The notes: generated from the letters alone by a model not told the origin. DNA of 64,000 nt from Candidatus Campbellbacteria bacterium (GCA_024653945.1 JANLIT010000003.1:98936-162935); one strand, 5' to 3'; counted from the stretch's first letter, positions 18,123-26,801 are shown. Numbers and translations: made by a program.

Positions 18123-18767
18123 ATGAATGCTTTGTTTCATAAAAAAGTGAAAACCCTCTCGGAAATAACCCCCAGTTTTTTCTTTATACAAATCGGCGCG
18201 AAAGGTGGGGGGTGGCCCGACCCTATTCGACGGTATGTTTTAAAATATAACTGGCAGGGGATTTTCGTGGAACCAATTCCCTATTGGTTTAAAAAACTCA
18301 AAAAAACCTATACCAATGCGCTGAATGTTTCTTTTGAAAATGTTGCAATCGCGGAAGAAAATACAAAACGTGTTTTTTACCATGTGCGAGAAAGTAATTG
18401 GTATCTCCGCCTTATTGGCGGATCTTTAAGCTCGTTCTCTAAAGAAAATATTCTGAAGCATGTGCGGTGGTGGCGCCCGCCAGGACTACGTTCAAATATT
18501 ATTGAAAGCACACTCAACTGTTTGTCTTTCAATACTCTCCTACAAAAGTATGGTGTTCAAAAAATAGATCTTCTTGTTATTGATACCGAAGGATATGATT
18601 TTAAAATACTCGCACAGGTACCTTTCAATAGAATTAGACCGTCTATGATTTACTACGAGCACAAACATCTAAGTGCCGAAGAAAAAACGGCTGGTGAAAT
18701 ACTTTTGAAATCAAACGGCTACCAATTTAAAAACGGGGTTCGAAACACGTTCGCTTGGACTAACTAA
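18123..18767 (+). CDS. FkbM-family methyltransferase
   Basis: IDLLVIDTEGYDFKIL (FkbM Methyltransf_21 signature). Confidence 0.65.
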   Translation: MNALFHKKVKTLSEITPSFFFIQIGAKGGGWPDPIRRYVLKYNWQGIFVEPIPYWFKKLKKTYTNALNVSFENVAIAEENTKRVFYHVRESNWYLRLIGGSLSSFSKENILKHVRWWRPPGLRSNIIESTLNCLSFNTLLQKYGVQKIDLLVIDTEGYDFKILAQVPFNRIRPSMIYYEHKHLSAEEKTAGEILLKSNGYQFKNGVRNTFAWTN

Positions 18768-18811
18768 TCACACTCTTTTCTTATCTTGGTGTGTGTTAAA
18801 CTCGTGTTTAC

Positions 18812-18850
18812 GGAGGCGTCGCATGGCGTCTTAGTGTGCAACGATTGTTC
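18812..18850 (+). pseudogene. Degenerate 5' half of a second tRNA-Ser (acceptor through anticodon stem)
   Basis: GGAGGCGTCGCATGGCGTCTTAGTGTGCAACG aligns 26/34 with the 5' half of tRNA-Ser(GGA); its acceptor 5' strand GGAGGCG is exactly complementary to the 3' fragment at 19045-19051. Confidence 0.5.
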
Positions 18851-18905
18851 CCGATTTACACACGAGTAAACCGAGCGTATTGTAAATCACAATCCCAGAT
18901 AAAGC

Positions 18906-18990
18906 GGAGGGTTCGCATAGTGGTCTAGTGCGCACGCTTGGAAAGCGTGTGTGCCGCAAGGCACCATGAGTTCGAATCTCATACCCTCCG
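18906..18990 (+). tRNA. tRNA-Ser (anticodon GGA), type II
   Basis: Acceptor GGAGGGU/ACCCUCC, anticodon stem CACGC/GCGUG with loop UUGGAAA, long variable arm, T-arm AUGAGUUCGAAUCUCAU. Confidence 0.8.
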
Positions 18991-18997
18991 CTTTGTG

Positions 18998-19052
18998 TGG
19001 GAGAAAGCGTGTGTGGGTCACACCACCGAGAGTTCGAATCTCTCCGCCTCCG
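18998..19052 (+). pseudogene. 3' half of a tRNA-Ser paralog (anticodon loop through acceptor); partner of the 5' fragment at 18812
   Basis: GGGAGAAAGCGTG-TGTGGGTCACACCACC-GAGAGTTCGAATCTCTC-CGCCTCC-G parallels the tRNA-Ser 3' half; the core TGTGGGAGAAAGCG recurs at 19133-19148. Confidence 0.5.
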
Positions 19053-19088
19053 CACCTGATGCAAAAATACCCCGCGAGGGGTATTCTT
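19046..19088 (+). other. Stable hairpin with GNRA tetraloop downstream of the tRNA-Ser fragment
   Basis: CCTGATGCAA-AATACCCC-GCGA-GGGGTATT-CTTTGTGTCAGG. Confidence 0.45.
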
Positions 19089-19241
19089 TGTGTCAGGAGG
19101 ACGAGATTCGAAAGGCGGAACATACACCTGCCGAGTGTGGGAGAAAGCGGCACAGTTAATAAACCAAGTGTTCAAACAATCCAAAAAATCGCCAGGTCGT
19201 TAGGCGTTCCAATGGAGGAATTATAAAATAATTTTTATTAT

Positions 19242-19703
19242 ATGTTGGTAAAAATTCACGTAGAGATAATTATTAATAATACGGCAAAAAATATAGCCGA
19301 CTACGCCTCTGATCCAGTTAACTGGACTGCCTCTAATCCAAAAGAGCACTTGGGATTGAAGTTTTATAATGACCAGAATCGTCCGGAGACAGGTGTAGAA
19401 TTTTATCAGAAAGAAATGGTTGCTGGACTCTACAATGATTTGAAGGGCCACATACAGTATGCGGATTTCCCTTCAATAACAGTTTGGCGGGGGCTCGCCA
19501 AATATAAGCTACTCGGTTCTTTTATAACCTTTCACTTAGCAGAGGGCGGCTTAGTAAGAATCGAAGAGAATGGTGGCGTCTCAAAAATGAGCCATGATTA
19601 TTACATTGATTTCCCTGATTCAATAATGGGCAAAATCCTTCACTGGTACTTTAATAAAAAAATGCGAAAGAGAAGCTATTTACCCATGGTGATAATGAAT
19701 TAA
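19242..19703 (+). CDS. SRPBCC-superfamily (polyketide cyclase/AHSA1-like) protein
   Basis: 153 aa; N-terminal pattern MLVKIHVEIIINNTAKNIADYASDPVNWTA is typical of SRPBCC ligand-binding folds; AT-rich codon usage. Confidence 0.4.
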   Translation: MLVKIHVEIIINNTAKNIADYASDPVNWTASNPKEHLGLKFYNDQNRPETGVEFYQKEMVAGLYNDLKGHIQYADFPSITVWRGLAKYKLLGSFITFHLAEGGLVRIEENGGVSKMSHDYYIDFPDSIMGKILHWYFNKKMRKRSYLPMVIMN

Positions 19704-19764
19704 AGTTTTTCAAAAAAGTATTAGACAGAAAATGATAGAATTTTTGAAATAATCTAAATATTTT

Positions 19765-21189
19765 ATGGATAATGCATGGCTTTCAATCTTACCCCCGATA
19801 ATCACCCTTGTTGCTGCGATTTGGTCAAAAAGAATTTTACCTTCGCTTCTGCTGGGCTTGTTGGTTGGCGGCTACCTGTTAAATCCTTCGATCGTAGGAG
19901 GACTGGAAACTGCCTTAGAAAAGGTAGTAGAGATATTATCTGATAAAGATAATTTGCAGGTGATATTGTTTCTATATCTGTTCAGCGGATTGATTGCTCT
20001 TATTAGAAAAGCGGGGGGCATCAATGCATTTTCTATTTGGGTCAGTAAATATGTAAAAAGTGAAACGGGAGTCTTTTACACTTTGTGGGCTTTGATCCCA
20101 GCTACTTTTATTGACTGTGCATTTAGGATTATAGGCACAGGTTCGATTATACGTTCGCTTGCCGAAAAAAATAAAGTCGTCAAAGAACGGTTGGCTTTTA
20201 TGATTAACAATACTGCTAGTCCGGTTATTGAGCTTATTCCAATCGCCACCACTTATGTAGGGTTTAACATAGCCAACATCGGTCAGGGACTAAAAGCTGC
20301 GGGAGTCTTTGAAGAACAATCCGCATACAAAATTTTACTTCAAGCCATACCTTTTGAGTTTTTTAGTATTGTGGTTCTGGTCATAACTTTTCTTACCATA
20401 TATTTTCAGTGGAAAAAGCCTTCTACCGAAAGACAAACAGACCACGCAAAAAAAGAAACCTCTGACGGAATGAATATGAATATGGAAGACGTCATGCCGG
20501 AAATAAAGCCACGGATAATTAACCTTGCAATTCCAATGCTAACAGTAATCTTTTTTAGTTTCTTTTTCTTCTGGTACTTTGGAAAAGCAGGGGGCGGAAC
20601 AGTCTCATCTATCATTGCCACCACGGAACCCAACAAGGCAATGTTAGTGGCTTTGTCTATCTCAGTAATCATTACCGGCATTATTTACTTTTTCCAAAAA
20701 TATTCCGTAAAAAAAATGACAACTGACATAATCTCGGGAGGGAATGAACTTATGAATATATTGGCTATCCTTATTGTGGCATGGTCTTTAGGAATGATTT
20801 CACAGGAATTAGGTTTGAGTAATTTCATTCAAGGGCAACTGGGGGGTTCCCTGCCCGCGTGGAGTATTCCTGTATCGCTCTTTGTTGTGGCCTCTGCCGT
20901 TACATACTTTATCGGCGAGGGCTGGGCTGCAGCTTCTTTAATTATGCCTTTTGCAATTTCTCTTGCCGTAACCGCTGGAGTAGGAATTCCAATTTGCGTA
21001 GCGGCGGTTATCACTGGGGGGACATTTGGAGATGTTACTTCACCTGTTGCTGGAATGACTAATATGTCATCCGATATAACTCGTGCCGATCATATTAAAT
21101 ATTTAAAATATGCCAGCCCGTATAATTTTACATCCGCAGGAATCGCCGCAGTTCTATTTTTAATAGCGGGGTTTTTTATTACCCAATAA
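19765..21189 (+). CDS. Na+/H+ antiporter NhaC-family membrane transporter
   Basis: 474 aa with ~11-12 transmembrane helices; NhaC-like N-terminus MDNAWLSILPPIITLVAAIW. Confidence 0.7.
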   Translation: MDNAWLSILPPIITLVAAIWSKRILPSLLLGLLVGGYLLNPSIVGGLETALEKVVEILSDKDNLQVILFLYLFSGLIALIRKAGGINAFSIWVSKYVKSETGVFYTLWALIPATFIDCAFRIIGTGSIIRSLAEKNKVVKERLAFMINNTASPVIELIPIATTYVGFNIANIGQGLKAAGVFEEQSAYKILLQAIPFEFFSIVVLVITFLTIYFQWKKPSTERQTDHAKKETSDGMNMNMEDVMPEIKPRIINLAIPMLTVIFFSFFFFWYFGKAGGGTVSSIIATTEPNKAMLVALSISVIITGIIYFFQKYSVKKMTTDIISGGNELMNILAILIVAWSLGMISQELGLSNFIQGQLGGSLPAWSIPVSLFVVASAVTYFIGEGWAAASLIMPFAISLAVTAGVGIPICVAAVITGGTFGDVTSPVAGMTNMSSDITRADHIKYLKYASPYNFTSAGIAAVLFLIAGFFITQ

Positions 21190-21296
21190 GTCGGATGTTT
21201 CCTTCTGGCAATAGAGAATAGTGGCTTTTAAAAACATAGTTAGATAAAATTACAAAAGATCGAAATAAATTTATCAAAATTAAAAAAATAAGAAAT

Positions 21297-21497
21297 ATGA
21301 ATTGTTGTGGAAATTTAAATAAATCAAATAGTGTGGAAAATCAGGTAGTCTGTCCGATAATGGGAAGTCCGGTTGATAAAGCAGAGGCGGAAAAAAGAGG
21401 GCTTGTTCGTGAATACAAAGGTGAAAAATACTATTTCTGTTGTAATGGTTGCCCGGAGAAGTTTGAGAAGAATCCAGAAAATTATACTAAAAATTAA
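21297..21497 (+). CDS. YHS/TRASH-domain metal-binding protein
   Basis: CPIMG...YKGEKYYFCCNGCPEKFEKNPENY matches the YHS motif. Confidence 0.75.
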   Translation: MNCCGNLNKSNSVENQVVCPIMGSPVDKAEAEKRGLVREYKGEKYYFCCNGCPEKFEKNPENYTKN

Positions 21498-21529
21498 TTT
21501 ATTAACTTCAAAAGAATGTTAAAATAAAA

Positions 21530-21960
21530 ACCCCAGTCCGAATCCCGCCCGCATTCCTCCTTACAGGAGCAGTACACCTTTTGGATATTTTGTCTCACTT
21601 CGTTCACAAAATCTCTCAAAAGGTCTTGCAAAAGTGTCCCACACTTTCTCACCCCAGACCAAAAGTATTTTTCTACTGAAAAATCTTTCAGTCCTGCCTC
21701 GCCCCGTCGGGCTCCGGCCTTGCGAAGCTACGCTTCTCACCCTCCTGCGGGCGGAAAATCAGCCGAGGCAGGGCGAATCCATTCCCCCAGACAAATTGTT
21801 TCGCCCCGCCGAGTCCGCTTTAATCGTTTGGATTTTGCTCGAAATAGTTTCGAACTTTGTCCAACAAACACCGCACTTGACTTAAAAAGGTGGTGTACTA
21901 ACATTGGGTTATGTCTTGTGGCTCGTTTTCATTTATTAGTATTTTTTAAACCCCTCTACT
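21530..21960 (+). other. GC-rich ORF-free structured region (candidate cis-regulatory RNA or ncRNA) upstream of the lmo0937-family gene
   Basis: About 60% GC against an AT-rich background; nested complementary segments CCUGCCUCG..CGAGGCAGG, GCCC-CGUC-GGGC, GAAGC-UAC-GCUUC, GGGCGAA..UUCGCCC; the ORFs called here have no credible starts. Confidence 0.35.
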
Positions 21961-21962
21961 AT

Positions 21963-22115
21963 ATGCTTACGACAATTGCAATAATTTTAGTGGCCCTATG
22001 GTTACTTGGCTTTCTTGGTTTCCCTGCTCTTGGAGGTTTTATTCACATACTTCTCGTGATAGCAATTATTCTGTTTTTGATTCGTGTTATCCGCGGAGAA
22101 AATCCTCTTAAGTAA
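21963..22115 (+). CDS. lmo0937-family small membrane protein (50 aa)
   Basis: MLTTIAIILVALWLLGFLGFPALGGFIHILLVIAIILFLIRVIRG closely fits the conserved ~47-aa family pattern. Confidence 0.7.
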   Translation: MLTTIAIILVALWLLGFLGFPALGGFIHILLVIAIILFLIRVIRGENPLK

Positions 22116-22167
22116 TCGGTCGATAGTCACTCATTACTATTTACTATACTAATTAAAAAAACAATGT

Positions 22168-22377
22168 ATGGAAAATCAAACTAATTATCCACCTGTGCAA
22201 CAAGAAAACAGCTCTGGAGCAAACACGGTATTGATTGTTGTTGTTATCCTTATTCTCGCAGGTTTTGGTTTCTGGTGGTACAAAAATCAAAATAGCCCAA
22301 CACCTCCTGCTGATCCAGGTGTTACTATTATCGACGTGAATCTTCCCCCTACTACTCCAGATACCACAACACCCTAA
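22168..22377 (+). CDS. Small single-transmembrane protein with Pro/Thr-rich tail
   Basis: 69-aa ORF with one transmembrane helix (VLIVVVILILAGFGFWWY). Confidence 0.35.
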   Translation: MENQTNYPPVQQENSSGANTVLIVVVILILAGFGFWWYKNQNSPTPPADPGVTIIDVNLPPTTPDTTTP

Positions 22378-22457
22378 ACAAAGCAGCACTTTGAGTTTAT
22401 AAAATGCACTATTTAAAGTAGTGCATTTTGTATTTTATGGAGCCGTGTTTCAAAAAT

Positions 22458-22841
22458 CTACAAATCCGCAACTCGTTTTTGGTATGCACGCCAACCTAGA
22501 TAACATCCGAACGTAAGAATAAGTGCACTTATATAAAACGCGATATGTTGTTGTGGTTCTAAAAAGTACCGAGAAAATTGCACTGCACCAAAAAGACCAA
22601 TCAATCCAAGAAGAATATCAAGAATGCGATTTTCATCCATTTCGTGCACACCGTTAAAAATTTCCACAATTTCCCAAATAATCATTCCAGTGAGTGTGAC
22701 AAAAAAGAGAACTGGGGTTGAAAGCCCTAGAAACGAATTGGCAAAACCAATCGTGACACCGGAGAAAAGGTGTACCACCATCCATAAATCCCATACCCTA
22801 CCCTCGCGCCATGTTTTTGAAATAAAAGGAATTCGTGACAT
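22458..22841 (-). CDS. Hypothetical integral membrane protein
   Basis: 127 aa, 4 predicted transmembrane segments; ends 4 nt from the htpX stop. Confidence 0.5.
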   Translation of the reverse strand: MSRIPFISKTWREGRVWDLWMVVHLFSGVTIGFANSFLGLSTPVLFFVTLTGMIIWEIVEIFNGVHEMDENRILDILLGLIGLFGAVQFSRYFLEPQQHIAFYISALILTFGCYLGWRAYQKRVADL

Positions 22842-22844
22842 ATG

Positions 22845-23741
22845 CTAGTTTTTTCCAAGAAGTGCTCCGATTCTTTCGGAAACTGGCGGGTGAGTCAAAA
22901 ACAACTTTCTCCAGAAACCAATTTTTTTCTCGTGTCCTCCACCAAGCGGACTACTAATAAAAAGATGTGCTGTAGCTTTGTGTACTCGCTTCATGGGTTG
23001 TGTATATGAGGATATCTTCGAGAGCGCTCCTGCAAGCCCTTCTGGATAGCGCGTAAGCAATGCCCCCGATGCATCTGCTAGAAACTCACGTTTGCGTGAA
23101 ATAGCGAGCTGTATGCACAGACCTGCAATTGGCGTCAGAATAGCAAGTACAATGCCGGCAATAACAAAAAGTGCGTTTCCTCGATTGTCATCACCCCCTC
23201 GAATATGACGCGACGTACGCAAGAAAAAATCAGAGAGCAGACTTAAAAAACCAACAATAATCACAACAACTGTCGACAAAAGGATGTCCCAATTGCGTAT
23301 GTGTGAGAGTTCGTGGGCAATGACACCCTCAAGCTCTGATCTATCTAACATATGTAGCAACCCTGTTGTTACGGCAATTGTTGCATGCTCTGGATTTCGC
23401 CCAGTCGCAAATGCATTCGGAGCATCATCAGTAATCACGTAGATTTTTGGCATCGGAATACCTGCAGTAATGGAGAGATTTTCTGTAACGGTGTATAAAT
23501 CAAAAAACTCTTCACGTACTGCGGGGCGTGCACCAGACAGAGAAAGTGCCAATTTGTCGGAGTACCAATAGCTTCCTATATTCATCACCAAACTAAAAAT
23601 AACAGCCGCATACACAATTTCTGGTGCGCCATATACTTGTCCGAAAAACCAACCAACAACTACAATAATGCACAAAAAACCAACCATAAGAAGCCATGTT
23701 TTGGTAATATTATTTTCTTTATTGGAGTATAAGGAGCTCAT
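22845..23741 (-). CDS. htpX: Zinc metalloprotease HtpX (M48)
   Basis: HELSHIRNWD (HExxH); transmembrane topology; M48 length. Confidence 0.85.
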   Translation of the reverse strand: MSSLYSNKENNITKTWLLMVGFLCIIVVVGWFFGQVYGAPEIVYAAVIFSLVMNIGSYWYSDKLALSLSGARPAVREEFFDLYTVTENLSITAGIPMPKIYVITDDAPNAFATGRNPEHATIAVTTGLLHMLDRSELEGVIAHELSHIRNWDILLSTVVVIIVGFLSLLSDFFLRTSRHIRGGDDNRGNALFVIAGIVLAILTPIAGLCIQLAISRKREFLADASGALLTRYPEGLAGALSKISSYTQPMKRVHKATAHLFISSPLGGGHEKKIGFWRKLFLTHPPVSERIGALLGKN

Positions 23742-23748
23742 GTAAAGT

Positions 23749-23860
23749 ACGAAATCCGAATATCGAAACCCGAAATAATGTTTAATTCTCTAAATTCAAA
23801 AACTTTAAACATAAGAATTTGTTGATTTTTTCGAATTTCGTATTTCGAGTTTCGGATTTT
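23749..23860. repeat. Inverted-repeat element built from TTTCGR heptads, copy 1 (family with 62348-62469)
   Basis: Left arm GTACGAAATCCGAATATCGAAACCCGAAATAATG, AT-rich spacer, right arm TTTTCGAATTTCGTATTTCGAGTTTCGGATTTT (imperfect reverse complement); the left arm is ~88% identical to the ftsX-upstream copy; it fills the gap 8 nt upstream of the htpX ATG. Confidence 0.6.
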
Positions 23861-23863
23861 ATC

Positions 23864-24049
23864 TTAGCGTGGTTGATTTTCTGCCATGAGGTCACCCATT
23901 TGCGCAACCATTTCTTGATTTCTCATTTCAATTCTTTGTATCAATAAATATGCACGCCATGTCACAATCACCATCAACACAACAACAATAACCACAATAT
24001 ACCAAACCGAACTGACGTTTCGATTAAAATGTGAATAGACTGATTGCAT
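23864..24049 (-). CDS. Small single-transmembrane protein
   Basis: 61-aa ORF downstream of the NUDIX gene; stop codon embedded in the right arm of the repeat. Confidence 0.35.
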   Translation of the reverse strand: MQSVYSHFNRNVSSVWYIVVIVVVLMVIVTWRAYLLIQRIEMRNQEMVAQMGDLMAENQPR

Positions 24050-24057
24050 AGATAAAC

Positions 24058-24540
24058 CTACTTTGTACGCGTTTTTAAGATTGCATCAACCTCTTGTATT
24101 TCTTCAAAAATACCCGCAATAAGGTCAAGCTCACGCGCTTCAGTAAGATTCACCCATTTATACTCTACGGCATCTTCGTCAAGCTCAACATCTCCAGAAA
24201 GATAGGGTGCGTAGTAACTCAAGACCAACACAGGTATCCCATCGGGACGAATAAACGTCATATCAAGTAAATACTCAACTTTACCAACTTCCACACATAC
24301 TTCTTCTTGTAGTTCTCTTCTGAGAGCTTTTTCTACTGCTCCGTACCAACCCGCATTTCCGTGTGTCTGTGGCGTATGTATATAATCGTCTGTTTCCAGA
24401 CCACCCCCAGGAACGGTCCATTTGTTTGGATGCACCTTTTTAGTTGGACTTCGTTTTGTAACAAGATATTTTCTCTCAGTGTTATAGATAATACACGTAA
24501 TCGCAACACGGTGGAGTTCCTTATTGTGTATCTCAACCAT
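24058..24540 (-). CDS. NUDIX hydrolase
   Basis: Nudix box G..x5E..RELQEEVCVEV. Confidence 0.8.
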   Translation of the reverse strand: MVEIHNKELHRVAITCIIYNTERKYLVTKRSPTKKVHPNKWTVPGGGLETDDYIHTPQTHGNAGWYGAVEKALRRELQEEVCVEVGKVEYLLDMTFIRPDGIPVLVLSYYAPYLSGDVELDEDAVEYKWVNLTEARELDLIAGIFEEIQEVDAILKTRTK

Positions 24541-24545
24541 AGCGG

Positions 24546-25097
24546 TTAAAACTGCACTTTTACTGGTTCGCGCTCACTTTCGTCGGCGTCAAAGAATGCA
24601 CGTTTTACAAAGTTAAATGCACGAGCAATAACATTACTTGGAAATGAATCCACTGCGGTATTGAGGTCGCGAACATTTGTGTTGTAGAAGCGTCGTGCTG
24701 CTTGAATTTTGTTTTCAGTGTCGGACAGTTCCCGTTGAAGTTCAAGGAAATTCTGGTTTGCTTTGAGCTCTGGGTATGCTTCTGCGATAGCAAAGAGTGA
24801 TTTCAAAGTTCCTGCTAGAGCATTCTCTGCTTCTGCGTGTTGTTCAACTGTTTGTGCGCCCATAGCAGCGGCACGCGCCTTGGTAACGTTTTCAAACGCC
24901 TCTCGCTCATGAGTTGCATATCCCTTCACCGCCTCAACGAGGTTTGGAATGAGGTCATACCGACGTTTGAGTTGTACATCAATATCTGACCACGCCTCAT
25001 CGGTTCGATTATTAAATCGAATAAAACGGTTGTACATAAAAATCGCCCAAACAACAACGAGTGCAATAACTATAAGAAGCAGTGTAAGTGGTGACAT
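24546..25097 (-). CDS. lemA: LemA family protein
   Basis: N-terminal transmembrane segment then NRF...DEAWSDIDVQLKRRYDLIPNLVE. Confidence 0.85.
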   Translation of the reverse strand: MSPLTLLLIVIALVVVWAIFMYNRFIRFNNRTDEAWSDIDVQLKRRYDLIPNLVEAVKGYATHEREAFENVTKARAAAMGAQTVEQHAEAENALAGTLKSLFAIAEAYPELKANQNFLELQRELSDTENKIQAARRFYNTNVRDLNTAVDSFPSNVIARAFNFVKRAFFDADESEREPVKVQF

Positions 25098-25169
25098 AGA
25101 GAATAAAAATAAAGCTTATATATCAAAAAGTATATCACTTTTTGATGCTAAACACCTCAAAATTCCTTC

Positions 25170-26801
25170 CTAGTACTCCATTCCGCCCCCGTGTTCATGA
25201 GGTACTGGTTTTTCTTCCTTTGGCTCTTCAGCAATCGCCACCTCGGTTGTAATGAGCATAGCAGCCGCAGAAACTGCGTTTTGAAGGGCCGTACGTGTTA
25301 CTTTCACTGGATCAACGATTCCTGCTTCCAACATATCATTCACAAGTGTGTCATCTGTCGCATTATATCCAGAGTTCTTTCCACTTTGTTTTACTTTTTC
25401 AACAATAACGAGTCCGTCTTCTTTTCCAGCGTTAATGGCAATTTGTTGAAGTGGGGCGCTCAGTGCCTTCACCACAATGGCGTATCCGATACTTTCTGCG
25501 TCTGTTCCCTCTTTTCCAGTTGATAGTTTTTTAGCAACTTTGACCAATGCACTACCGCCTCCAGGAACAATTCCCTCCTCGATGGCAGCTTTTGTCGCAT
25601 TTACCGCATCTTCAATTTTGAGTTTCAAGTACTTCATTTCGGTTTCCGTTGCAGCACCTACACGAATCACCGCAACACCGCCCGAGAGTTTTCCAATGCG
25701 TTCTTGAAGTTTTTCTTTATCGTATTTTGAATCTGTGTTTTTGAGCTGTGTCTGAAGTTGGGCAACGCGAGCATCAATATCTGCCTTCTTTCCTTTTCCT
25801 CCAACAATCACTGTTGAATCCTTTGTAGACACAACGCGTCGTGCTTTTCCAAACATTTCTACCGTTGCTTTTTCCAACTTTATTCCCGTTTCTTCTGAAA
25901 TAACTTTTGCACCAACAGTAATGGCAATATCGGCAAGTACTTCTTTCTTCCTATCACCAAATCCTGGAGCCTTAATTGCCAACACATTAAACCCACCACG
26001 CAGTTTGTTAACCACAAACGTCGCGAGTGCTTCCCCATCAATATCATCTGCAATAATCACCAATTCTTTTGTTCCACTCTGAGCAAGCCCTTCAAGAAGT
26101 GGGAGAACCTCTTTGATGACCGAGATTTTTTTGTCCGTTACCATGATAAACACATCACGATACTCTGCTTCCATACGCTCACTGTTGGTAACCATGTACG
26201 GCGAAATATATCCCTTATCAAACGCAAGACCCTCAACCACCTCAGAATCAACACCGAGCGTTTGTGATTCTTCAACAGTTACCACCCCGTCTTTACCAAC
26301 AGTATCAATTGTTTCGGCGATAATTTTTCCTAACTCTTTTGATTCTGAAGAAATCATTGCAACCTGTTGTATCTCTTCTTTATTTTTTATTGGTTTTGCA
26401 AGAGTATGCAGGGCCTTCACCACATCCTCACCTGCGCGCTCCATACCATGACGAATGGCCATAGAATTCACACCAAGTGTTGTGTGTCGCAGTCCCTCAT
26501 TCACAAGTGCCTGTAAAAGAACGATGGCGGTTGTTGTGCCATCTCCGGCAATATCATTGGTTTTTCCAGCAACCTCCTTTACAATTTCCGCGCCCATGTT
26601 TTCAAATCGATCAGAGAGTTCAATCTCTTTTGCAATTGACACGCCGTCATTGGTTATCATCGGTGCACCATATCCTTTTTCCAAAACAGCATTGCGTCCG
26701 CGCGGACCAAGGGTGACGCGCACTGCGTGTGCAACCTTATCAATACCACATTTCAATGCTTCTCGCGCCTCTGTATCAAAAAGAATTTTTTTACTGGTCA
26801 T
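25170..26801 (-). CDS. groL: Chaperonin GroEL
   Basis: MTSKKILFDTEAR...; ATP site motifs; C-terminal GGM tail. Confidence 0.95.
   Translation of the reverse strand: MTSKKILFDTEAREALKCGIDKVAHAVRVTLGPRGRNAVLEKGYGAPMITNDGVSIAKEIELSDRFENMGAEIVKEVAGKTNDIAGDGTTTAIVLLQALVNEGLRHTTLGVNSMAIRHGMERAGEDVVKALHTLAKPIKNKEEIQQVAMISSESKELGKIIAETIDTVGKDGVVTVEESQTLGVDSEVVEGLAFDKGYISPYMVTNSERMEAEYRDVFIMVTDKKISVIKEVLPLLEGLAQSGTKELVIIADDIDGEALATFVVNKLRGGFNVLAIKAPGFGDRKKEVLADIAITVGAKVISEETGIKLEKATVEMFGKARRVVSTKDSTVIVGGKGKKADIDARVAQLQTQLKNTDSKYDKEKLQERIGKLSGGVAVIRVGAATETEMKYLKLKIEDAVNATKAAIEEGIVPGGGSALVKVAKKLSTGKEGTDAESIGYAIVVKALSAPLQQIAINAGKEDGLVIVEKVKQSGKNSGYNATDDTLVNDMLEAGIVDPVKVTRTALQNAVSAAAMLITTEVAIAEEPKEEKPVPHEHGGGMEY

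Noticed and set aside
21530-21565. tRNA-like or tmRNA 3' end (CAGTCCGAATCCCGCCCGC resembles a T-arm)
   Set aside because: No complementary T-stem 5' strand, acceptor stem or anticodon arm could be built on either strand.
21634-22115. ORFs 21634-21885 and the long form of 21720-22115
   Set aside because: Only the last 50 codons (from 21963) match the lmo0937 family. The upstream in-frame part is a GC-rich structured region without RBS, and the 83-aa ORF overlaps it in another frame.
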